Source: an uncultured haloarchaeon (GTDB lineage Archaea > Halobacteriota > Halobacteria > Halobacteriales > Haladaptataceae). From it: DNA of 64,000 nt. Shown piece by piece: positions 55,576-64,000 of the stretch. The translations under genes and the position numbers were made by a program. The stretch lies in NCBI GenBank assembly GCA_963811185.1, contig CAWEQN010000006.1, positions 136,026 to 200,025 on the forward strand, given 5' to 3'. The notes beneath the pieces are model-generated. The model saw nothing but the letters and a program-made list of their open reading frames with translations. It searched no databases and was not told the origin of the DNA. Position 1 is the first letter of the stretch. Every line of letters starts with the position of its first letter.

Positions 55576-55675
55576 GGGTGAACCCTGCGTGGCGGGGGTG
55601 GTAGGGGTTGCGATTTCGTGGAGACGGGGAGAAGGAAGGAAAGAAGGACGAAGGGAGAAGGAACGGCGAGGAGAT

Positions 55676-56573
55676 TCAGTACACTCTGCTCGTCACGCGA
55701 CTCCCCGAATCCGTCGAGACGAAGACGGTATCGCCGCCGTTGTTCCAGACGGCGCTACCACGATTCCAGTACACGTCACTGCTCGAATCGGTTCCAGTGC
55801 CGGTGTGGAGCGTCAGAGTGTCGCCGGGAGCGAGCGAGACGCCGCTTTCGAACGCGTAGGTGGCACCGACCTCGTCCGAGACGGTCCACCCGGAGAGGTC
55901 GATGGCGTTCGACCCGGTGTTTTCGAGGACGACGTACTCGTCGTTCAGGTTGGAGTTTTCGTTCCCGGACGCATCGGCGTGGATGGTTTCGATATCGACG
56001 TCACCCGCTCCACCAGCGGCGCGGCATCGCCACAAATCGCGGCGAGCGCTTTGTGCGGTCGACTCCGCGCTCGTAGTAGCTATCGCTTTCGGAGAACGAT
56101 GAGTCGTACACCCGTGCGCGGCCGGAATGGACCAGTTCGTAGTTGTAATCCTCGCCGCCGTAATAGACGTAGGCGAGCAGTCGGCCGTAATAGCCGCGCG
56201 TGTCGGACTCCGAGTCGAACTTCAACGTGATTTGCTTGCCTTCCAGTTCGTCGGTCATGAACGCCTTGGCATCGTCACCTTCGTCGGCGAGGCACGCTTT
56301 CCCCGCGTCGTTCGTCGGAACGCCTTCGAACTCGTCCGGCGTGTTGTCGCCGTAGGATTCGGGCGTATCGACGCCGAGGAGACGGACCGTATCCGTCGAA
56401 CCGTTCGAGTACGTTACGTCCAATGTGTCGCCATCCACGACGTGCGTAACCGTGACCTGTTTGCTGTCGGTTATCGACGCCGCAGTCGGCCTGATGGCCA
56501 ACCCACCGAGAACGCCGAGAATCAGGAGGACGAGAGCAATTGTGAGGACCCGCTTTCGAGTTATTGCATCCAT
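55676..56573 (-). CDS. Membrane-anchored thermonuclease fused to a lamin-tail domain (frameshift ~56040-56075)
   Basis: DGDT, RLLGVDTPE, YGRLLAYV; then NDEYVVLEN...DLSGW...VWNN.GD. Confidence 0.85.
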
Positions 56574-56837
56574 CTGCAGTATATAAAATCAATGCCAAGT
56601 ATTATGTATTTTTTGTGCGTCGAGAGACAGGTCAGTAACGATGAGACCAACTCCAAACGAGGACTGTTGGAACTTTTTCGGCAGATATGAGGGTTCTTCC
56701 TACTGATTATCATCCCGAAGGGTTTTGGAACCAACTGCAGGGGAGAGCAAACCGAGCCACGACAGTGAACCGGACGAACTATTTGTCTGTTTTCAATTGG
56801 ACCAAACAAATAACAACTCGGAGAATGAGTAGGGGGT

Positions 56838-57032
56838 ATGAATGAGGACAGAATCGTTTGGCGACTGAACCTCGTTATCGCCCTCCTCTGTGTCATCGCG
56901 GTTTTCGTTGCGATACCGTATCTCTTGTTCGTCGTCACCAACTTCCCGAACTTCCTCTTGGCGGTCGCCACCGCTCTGGCAACGATGGGCGGATTCGCCC
57001 TCTTCAGGACGTATCGGACGGTTCGGAGTTGA
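56838..57032 (+). CDS. Small two-TM membrane protein
   Basis: GGGGGT SD-like sequence before ATG; two hydrophobic helices. Confidence 0.55.
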   Translation: MNEDRIVWRLNLVIALLCVIAVFVAIPYLLFVVTNFPNFLLAVATALATMGGFALFRTYRTVRS

Positions 57033-57185
57033 TTTCACGGGACCAATGGACGGGAACCTTTATCAGCGACGGCGCGCAGAGTCACAGGTATGAGCGCGAT
57101 GGTGTCGGTAGTACGTCTCTAGCGCAGACGACGAGCCGATAGTGTTTCTCGCCGATTCACCATTTAGCGACAGGGATTTGCAGCC

Positions 57186-59804
57186 ATGACTGACGTTCCA
57201 AACGATTACGAACCAGAGCGTATCGAGCGAAAGTGGAAGGACGACTGGCAAGACTCCGACGTGTACACGCCAGACGGCGATTTGGAGTACGTCATCGACA
57301 CGCCCCCACCGTATCCGACGGGCAACCTCCACATCGGCCACGGCCTCCAGTGGAGTTACATCGACTTCGCGGCACGGTATCACCGACTCAAGGGAGAACA
57401 AGTCCTCTTCCCGCAGGGATGGGACTGCCACGGTCTCCCGACCGAGGTGAAAGTCGAGGAGAACCACGACATCCACCGCACCGAAGTGTCCCGCGATGAG
57501 TTCCGCCAACTCTGCATCGAGCACACCGAGGAGCAGATAGACTCGATGAAGGAGACGATGAACGAACTCGGCTTCTCCATCGACTGGAGCGCGGAGTTCC
57601 GCACGATGGACCCCGAATACTGGGGCAAAACACAGCGGTCGTTCGTCGAGATGGAGGACAACGTCTACCGCGACGAACACCCCGTCAACTGGTGTCCGCG
57701 CTGTGAGACGGCCATCGCGGACGCGGAAGTCGAGAACGAGGACCGGACCGGGACGCTCTACTACGTCACGTTCGACGGCGTGGACAACGAGGATATAGAG
57801 ATTGCTACCACACGCCCCGAACTGCTCGCGGCGTGTGTCGGCATGGCCGTCGACCCCGAGGACGAACGCTACGCCGACCGAATCGGCGAGACGTTCGAAG
57901 TGCCGCTGTTCGGGCAGGAAGTCGAACTCGTCGGCGACGACGACGTGGACGGCGAGTTCGGGACCGGCGCGGTCATGATCTGTACGTTCGGGGACAAACA
58001 GGACGTGGACTGGTGGGCGAGGCACGAACTCGACCTCCGCCCCGTCTTCACCGAGGACGGCCGCCTGAACGAACTCGCCGAGGAGTTCGAGGGGTTGGCC
58101 ATCGACGAGGCGAAAACCGAAATCGCGGACACGCTGGACGAAGAGGGCTATCTGAACGATTCGGAATCCACCGAGCAGTCCGTCGGCACCTGCTGGCGGT
58201 GTGATACGCCCATCGAAATCCTCTCCAAAGAACAGTGGTTCGTCGAGGTTGACTCCGACAAAATCGTCGAGAAAGCCCGGGAAGTCGAGTGGATTCCCGA
58301 ACACATGTACGCCCGCCTCGAAGAGTGGGCGGACGGGATGAGTTGGGACTGGGTTATCTCCCGCCAGCGCGTCTTCGCCACCCCGATTCCCGCATGGGAA
58401 TGTGAGGAGTGTGGCCACTGGCATATCGCGGACATCGACGAACTGCCGGTCGACCCGACGGAAACCGGGCCGGCGGTCGGCGACTGTCCCGATTGTGGCG
58501 CGGACGCGTGGACCGGCGAAACCGACGTGATGGACACGTGGATGGATTCGTCCATCACGCCGTTGCACATCACTGGCTGGCCCGAGGACCTCGAACTGGA
58601 CGAGTTCGAACCCGTCTCGCTCCGCCCGCAGGGACATGACATCATCCGAACGTGGGCGTTCTACACGCTCCTCCGCGTCGGCGAACTCACCGACGAGCGC
58701 CCGTGGGACGAAATCCTCATCAACGGCATGGTGTTCGGCCCGGACGGCAACAAGATGAGCAAGTCGCGCGGCAACGTCGTGACGCCGAAGGACGCCGTCG
58801 CGGAGTACGGTGCCGACTCGGTTCGACAGGCGCTGGTGCTCGGCGGCCAACCCGGAAGCGACGTGCAGTTCCAACCGAAGGAAGCCACGTCGGCATCCCG
58901 GTTCCTCACGAAGATCTGGAACATCCTCCAGTTCTCCCTGAACCACTTCGACGAGAACACGCCGGAGATTTCGGACCCGGCGTACCGTGACGCTGACCGC
59001 TGGATTCTCTCGCGACTCTCGAACGCGGCCGATAGCATCGCCGACGACATGGAAGCCTACCGCTACGACCGGGCGCTCAGAACGCTCCGAGAGTTCGTCT
59101 GGGAGGACCTCGCGGACGACTACCTCGAACTCGTCAAGGGCCGTCTCTACGAGGGACGGCCGGGCGAGCGGAACGCCGCCCGGCACGCGCTCTACACGTG
59201 TGTCTCGTCCGTCGTCCGCATGCTCTCGCCGTTCTCGCCCTTCTTCGCCGAGGAGGCGTACAGCTATCTCCCCGGCACCGAGGAAAGCATCAATCGTGCC
59301 TCGTGGCCCGACGTCGAGATGCACGACGAGGAAGCCGAACTCGCGGGCGACATCATCGCGGAAGTCGCGAGCAAAGTCAGGGCGTGGAAGTCCGACGAGG
59401 GAATGGCTCTCAACGGCGAAATCGGCCGTATCGAGCTGTACGACGATACGGAACGACATCCCGACACCTACGACCTGAGCGAGGCCGTGAACGGCCCAGT
59501 CTACCTCGAAGAAGGACGGCCGAACGTCGAACTCGCGCCGGTCGGCGTCGACCCCGACCACTCGTCCATCGGGCCGAAGTTCCGCGACAAAGCCGGTGCC
59601 GTCGTCGGCGCACTGGAATCGGCCGACCCGGCCGAACTCAAGGCCCAGCTCGACACTCACGGCGAAATCACGCTCGACGCGGCGGGCGAGGAAGTCACGC
59701 TCGACGGCGATTGGGTCGAAATCGAGGAGGAGTACCGCGCCGAAAGCGGCGAGGAAGTTGAAGTGCTGGAGACCGAACACGCGACGGTTCTCGTCTTCCC
59801 GTAA
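57186..59804 (+). CDS. valS: Valine--tRNA ligase
   Basis: DTPPPY..G.LHIGH, DWVISRQ, DTW, KMSKS. Confidence 0.96.
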   Translation: MTDVPNDYEPERIERKWKDDWQDSDVYTPDGDLEYVIDTPPPYPTGNLHIGHGLQWSYIDFAARYHRLKGEQVLFPQGWDCHGLPTEVKVEENHDIHRTEVSRDEFRQLCIEHTEEQIDSMKETMNELGFSIDWSAEFRTMDPEYWGKTQRSFVEMEDNVYRDEHPVNWCPRCETAIADAEVENEDRTGTLYYVTFDGVDNEDIEIATTRPELLAACVGMAVDPEDERYADRIGETFEVPLFGQEVELVGDDDVDGEFGTGAVMICTFGDKQDVDWWARHELDLRPVFTEDGRLNELAEEFEGLAIDEAKTEIADTLDEEGYLNDSESTEQSVGTCWRCDTPIEILSKEQWFVEVDSDKIVEKAREVEWIPEHMYARLEEWADGMSWDWVISRQRVFATPIPAWECEECGHWHIADIDELPVDPTETGPAVGDCPDCGADAWTGETDVMDTWMDSSITPLHITGWPEDLELDEFEPVSLRPQGHDIIRTWAFYTLLRVGELTDERPWDEILINGMVFGPDGNKMSKSRGNVVTPKDAVAEYGADSVRQALVLGGQPGSDVQFQPKEATSASRFLTKIWNILQFSLNHFDENTPEISDPAYRDADRWILSRLSNAADSIADDMEAYRYDRALRTLREFVWEDLADDYLELVKGRLYEGRPGERNAARHALYTCVSSVVRMLSPFSPFFAEEAYSYLPGTEESINRASWPDVEMHDEEAELAGDIIAEVASKVRAWKSDEGMALNGEIGRIELYDDTERHPDTYDLSEAVNGPVYLEEGRPNVELAPVGVDPDHSSIGPKFRDKAGAVVGALESADPAELKAQLDTHGEITLDAAGEEVTLDGDWVEIEEEYRAESGEEVEVLETEHATVLVFP

Positions 59805-59851
59805 CGCCGCGGAACCACCGGAACTTTTCTCGTCGTCTTCGATTGACGGGT

Positions 59852-60949
59852 ATGGACGACCGAGTTCACGAACACGCGGAGGTACTGGTAAACTGGAGTG
59901 CACGAGTCGAAGAAGGCGACGACGTCGTCGTTATGGTTGACGAGGGCGCACACGACCTCGCCGTCGCCGTCGGTGAGAAACTGGGTGAGCGAAACGCGAA
60001 CATGCTGACCCTCTACCGGTCCGACGAAATCATGCGCGCGCATCTACGCGCACACGGCGGCGACTTCGACGAGAACCCCGCACCCGAACTGGCGATGTAC
60101 GAGAACGCGGACGCCGTCCTCGTGCTCTCCGGTAGCCGAAACACGATGGGGAAAGCCGACGTGTCGGGGGCGACGAAACAAGCGTACGACAAATCCCGGG
60201 CGCTCATTCGGGAGACGCGCCTCGGAACGGAGTGGATTTCGACGCAACATCCGACGCGCGCACACGCACAGCAGGCCGGGATGGCCTACGCGGAGTATCA
60301 GGACTTCGTGTACAGCGCCGTGCTCCGGGACTGGGAGTCGCTGGCCGACGAGATGGCGAAGATGAAAGCGCTCCTCGACGACGGAAGCGAGGTTCGTATC
60401 GTCAAGGAAGACACCGACATCACGATGTCCATCGAGGGCAGAACGGCGGTCAATAGCTGTGCATCGGTGGAGTACGATTCGCACAACCTCCCCAGCGGCG
60501 AGGTGTTCACGGCACCGTACGCCACCGAAGGGGAGGTGTTCTTCGACGTGCCGATGACCCATCAGGGCCAACACATTCGGAACGTCCATCTCACGTTCGA
60601 GGACGGGGAAGTCGTGGCGTTCAGCGCCGACACCGGCGAGGACATGCTGGCCGACATCCTCGACACGGACGAGGGTGCCCGGCGGCTCGGCGAACTCGGC
60701 ATCGGCATGAACCGCGGCATCGACCGCTTTACCGATAGCATCCTCTTCGACGAGAAGATGGGCGATACGGTCCACCTCGCGGTCGGACGGGCCTACGATT
60801 CGTGCCTTCCCGAGGGCGAGACGGGCAACGAAAGCGCCGCTCACGTGGATATGATAACCGACATGAGCGAGGATTCGCGCATGGAAATCGACGGCGAAGT
60901 CGTCCAACGAAACGGTACGTTCCGGTGGGAAGACGAGTTCGAGAAATAG
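59852..60949 (+). CDS. M29-family aminopeptidase
   Basis: NLPSGEVFTAP, LGELGIG.N, FDEKM..TVHLA.G, HVD. Confidence 0.92.
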   Translation: MDDRVHEHAEVLVNWSARVEEGDDVVVMVDEGAHDLAVAVGEKLGERNANMLTLYRSDEIMRAHLRAHGGDFDENPAPELAMYENADAVLVLSGSRNTMGKADVSGATKQAYDKSRALIRETRLGTEWISTQHPTRAHAQQAGMAYAEYQDFVYSAVLRDWESLADEMAKMKALLDDGSEVRIVKEDTDITMSIEGRTAVNSCASVEYDSHNLPSGEVFTAPYATEGEVFFDVPMTHQGQHIRNVHLTFEDGEVVAFSADTGEDMLADILDTDEGARRLGELGIGMNRGIDRFTDSILFDEKMGDTVHLAVGRAYDSCLPEGETGNESAAHVDMITDMSEDSRMEIDGEVVQRNGTFRWEDEFEK

Positions 60950-61039
60950 CCGCGAACGACGCGAGGCAAAACGCCTCGAAGCACGAACGGGAGGTTTTTG
61001 GTCCGGATTTTTGCGAGGAGTAGCCGCGAGCGGAATCAG

Positions 61040-62089
61040 CTATTGCCACCAGTCGCTTCGACGCTCCCGCGCCGAGGCGTGCTGGAACGGCGGTGCGAGT
61101 TCCGATTCGTCGAGGCCGAACCCGTATCCCAACCAGTAGCCGGTGTACCAGCCGACGGTGTCGGTATCGACGCCGGAGATCGAGATGGTGAGTGTATCGT
61201 ACTGCTCCAGCGCGGAGTCGTGGTCGGGGTCGGTACCACGAATACCGCCACAGGAGCCGCTCGAACCGGGATTACAGGGTAGCGATTCGGGGAACTGAAT
61301 CACGATATCGGCTGTGGACCGGTTTCTCGTGAACGAAAACGTGGCGTTCGACGGGACCGTCCCGTCCGCTCCATCGGCGTAGTAATCGAGCGCATGGCGG
61401 ACCTGCCGTTTCACGGCGGTGCGGTCCTTCGTCGCGCCGAGATAAACCGTGAAATCCGAATCCGCCCACGGGAGGTCGCGCTCGGTGGCGTTCGGCAGGG
61501 GTCGGGTCGCAAGCGCCGCCTCGGCGGCCATTATCGACTGCGGGGCGGAACTGTGGTTCAGCCCGAGGGTGTGTCCGAGTTCGTGTTTCAGGATGAGGAC
61601 GGTCGAATCGTTCGAAAACGAGTCGTCCACGTCGATGTGCATGGGGCGGGAAACCTGTGCCGCATCGGTAATGTACGGCGCACAGCCGGCGGCGTTTTCG
61701 ACGCGCGGGCAACTTTTCACGGTATCGACGAAGTTGATAACGAGGTCGGGATGTGCCGCGTTCGGCGTCAGTTCGTATCGAATCGGATAGCCGGCGTACT
61801 GCTTACTATGGCCTTCCCAGTAGTCGAGGGCCTGTCGAATCTCGGGAGTGTAATCGCGCGAACCGTCGGCACTCGCGTTGATGGCAACCTGTACTGGCTC
61901 GTCACCCCACGGATTCGAGCGGTCGGCAACCGTCCCCGTCTCCGTACCGGCTCCCGTCTCCGACCCGGTTTGTCTTGCCACCGTCCGCGTCGCGTTGGTC
62001 ACGGTGTGTGTCGTCGTGCGGTCGAACTGCGCACCAGCACACCCCGCGAGGAGGAGGCAGACAACGAGCAAGAGTGCACGCCGCTTCAT
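61040..62089 (-). CDS. Matrixin-family zinc metalloprotease lipoprotein
   Basis: LAGC lipobox; HELGHTLGLNH and Met-turn SIM. Confidence 0.85.
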   Translation of the reverse strand: MKRRALLLVVCLLLAGCAGAQFDRTTTHTVTNATRTVARQTGSETGAGTETGTVADRSNPWGDEPVQVAINASADGSRDYTPEIRQALDYWEGHSKQYAGYPIRYELTPNAAHPDLVINFVDTVKSCPRVENAAGCAPYITDAAQVSRPMHIDVDDSFSNDSTVLILKHELGHTLGLNHSSAPQSIMAAEAALATRPLPNATERDLPWADSDFTVYLGATKDRTAVKRQVRHALDYYADGADGTVPSNATFSFTRNRSTADIVIQFPESLPCNPGSSGSCGGIRGTDPDHDSALEQYDTLTISISGVDTDTVGWYTGYWLGYGFGLDESELAPPFQHASARERRSDWWQ

Positions 62090-62434
62090 TGTTATGGTAT
62101 CCGGGAGTGGTCCTATCAAACCTTCCGGCTTCGGAAAATCCAGTCAGTATGACGGACGGAAATACGGGTTTACGCCGAGGAGAGCCGTTATCTGCGAGAC
62201 TTCGAACGATTATCGAACGGCCGTTGTGAATTTTATTCTTCCCCTAATTGGGGCGATTTTAGAGAGGTACTAGATAGGTAATCCGCCATTGAACAGCGAA
62301 ACCAGCCGTTCCGGACCGTTTTACGGAGGTTTGAACCCGTGTATCGACCGTTCAAAACCGTTCAATCCGTTATTATACTGTTGAAATTGGAAACTGTGCA
62401 TAACCATCATTCTCACTTATTGGGGGTGATACCG

Positions 62435-62545
62435 ATGCACAAACTGGGCAGTATGACGCACATTAAAGCAAGCGCCGCCGTGGCGATAGTCGCGATAGAA
62501 ATACTCGCTGGGGTCGCAATATTGGCAGTCGCGTTTGGTATCTGA
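62435..62545 (+). CDS. Putative 36-aa single-TM microprotein
   Basis: GGGGTGA SD-like sequence before ATG; hydrophobic C-terminus. Confidence 0.45.
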   Translation: MHKLGSMTHIKASAAVAIVAIEILAGVAILAVAFGI

Positions 62546-62554
62546 ATGAATAGC

Positions 62555-62975
62555 GGCTGAGGGGAGTAAGCCCCCTTCTGTTCGGCCCAGTATTCGGCTC
62601 AGCGTCCGAACCATCTCCGGACATCGTCCGGAGGCACGTCGGAGTTCTCCGACGGCGACCGGGTTACCAATATGGTACGGACTTGCACCGGCAAGGTTTC
62701 ACCGTTCCATCCCTTCTTCGCGGTCCCGTGCTGACAGCGTCAGCACGCGGCCCTCGGTGGGTTAGCTCCCTTCCCTCTCGGGTCGGTTCGCACACCTCAT
62801 CGGTCACGCGAAGTGGTCTCGTTTCTGTTCCAGAGCCAGTGGTCTCCCACTCCGGACTTGCGTCCGGTTGCCTACCCGGCTGGTGGGGGGACTTTCCTCA
62901 CGTAGGTACCGGAAATCAGTACCGTCCGCACGCGGCGATTGCCACGTGCACCGCGGAAACCGGGCTCCCTCTGCC
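62555..62975 (-). ncRNA. rnpB: RNase P RNA
   Basis: Minus strand begins GGCAGAGGGAGCCCGG, contains GAGGAAAGTCC and ends AACAGAAGGGGGCTTACTCCCCTCAGCC. Confidence 0.93.
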
Positions 62976-63091
62976 GAGGGAAGCTAGTCATTGCACGCGT
63001 TTAAGCCGTTCGATACGAATAGTCATGGCCCCTTAAAGCCAGCCAGATTGAAGGGAAGCGTTGAAGATGTTTCTGTGCATAAGTCATCTGT

Positions 63092-63694
63092 ATGTCTGAG
63101 GCACAGGCAGTAACCCTCTCCTACGAGGATGGCACGCGCGCGGTCGAACTCGCTCGGGAGGCAGTCAATTCTTACGTGATCAACGGACAGAGAGAACAAC
63201 CAGGAAGCATGCGAGAGGCGTTCTACGCACGCACTGGCGTTTTCGTCCGGCTCGAATCCACCCGTGGTCGTGGAAGCCTACGCGGGTGCGCAGGTGCCTA
63301 CGACACGAGCGAACAGTTAGGGCACGCAATCGTCGATTCCGCTATCGCGGCGGCGAGCGAGGATTCGTGCGGGTCCGAAATCGAACCCGCCGAGTTGTCG
63401 AACCTCAACATCTCCGTGTTCATCGTCGAGAACACCGTGTTGACGAACGACCCAGTGAACGACATCCGACTCGGCCGACACGGCGTCGCCGTCGAAGGCC
63501 GCGGAAACAGTGCGTGGATGTATCCGACCCTACCCGTCGAGCACAACTGGAGTAAATTCGAGTATCTCGACCGAACGTGTCGCAAGGCCGGTCTCCCGCA
63601 CGGAGCATGGGAAGACGACGACGTGACGGTAACGCTCGTCGAAGGCCCGGTGTTCCGCGAACGGGAACCGGAGGGAAGCATCGAGCGAATTTAA
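63092..63694 (+). CDS. AMMECR1-domain protein (TIGR00296-like)
   Basis: GVFV, LRGC.G, G.HG, L...C.KAGL...W. Confidence 0.88.
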   Translation: MSEAQAVTLSYEDGTRAVELAREAVNSYVINGQREQPGSMREAFYARTGVFVRLESTRGRGSLRGCAGAYDTSEQLGHAIVDSAIAAASEDSCGSEIEPAELSNLNISVFIVENTVLTNDPVNDIRLGRHGVAVEGRGNSAWMYPTLPVEHNWSKFEYLDRTCRKAGLPHGAWEDDDVTVTLVEGPVFREREPEGSIERI

Positions 63695-64000
63695 AAGTCG
63701 ACTGCCGTCGCGTCCTCTTCCGCACGGCGAGCAGTAGCATCGATGTCGAACTCCCGTACGAGTTTCCCGTCACGAATCAGCGGCTGTAGCAGCGGCTCAC
63801 CGTCCGCATCGTGGCGCGCGAGACCGACGTGGTGGCCGCCATCGGCCGTGCGATACACCTGTTTTCGTCCGGAGAGTTTCCCGCGCTTGGATACCGGTTC
63901 TCCGTCGATTTCCACGATATCGAGCGCGAAATCGACCGGGTTCGCGTTGCTGATGTAACTCCCGACGCCGAAACCGTCCGCGACCCCGCGGAGGTTTCGG
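63691..64000 (-). CDS. pncB: Nicotinate phosphoribosyltransferase, 3' part (runs off right edge)
   Basis: Manual reading: DGFGVGSYISNANPVDFALDIVE...KRGKLSGRKQVYR. Confidence 0.85.
   Translation of the reverse strand, partial: RNLRGVADGFGVGSYISNANPVDFALDIVEIDGEPVSKRGKLSGRKQVYRTADGGHHVGLARHDADGEPLLQPLIRDGKLVREFDIDATARRAEEDATAVDF

Noticed and set aside
55615-55676. Purine-rich GAAGG tract
   Set aside because: It is a pyrimidine-rich tract on the minus strand just after the nuclease stop, consistent with an ordinary terminator region.
57063-59903. Long antisense ORFs (946 aa opposite valS; similar ones opposite coxL, acn and acd)
   Set aside because: Shadow ORFs caused by high-GC codon bias; no recognisable motifs.

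Overview
GC-rich haloarchaeal chromosome segment (acidic proteins, Tat lipoproteins, hpyA/hdaI, cofE-mer; style resembles Haladaptatus, which is an inference). It is mostly core and metabolic genes: MoxR/DUF58, cofE-mer, two acyl-CoA dehydrogenases, a 13-kb molybdenum-hydroxylase (cox/cut-like) cluster with two large subunits, a flippase/sulfatase/GT2 glycan operon, hdaI-hpyA-rpa, aconitase, an S8 protease, an orphan trpB, melA, gnd, valS, RNase P RNA and two tRNA-Arg genes. About 18 genes have 1-nt frameshifts, most likely sequencing errors. The most unusual signal is non-coding. Both tRNA-Arg genes (31213-31285 + and 53899-53971 -) are followed by arrays of copies of their own 3' end. The spacers share one hairpin layout, contain antisense copies of the cognate tRNA end, and the two loci share an exact 18-mer. 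No integrase or cas gene lies nearby. All family calls are from motif recognition, not database searches.
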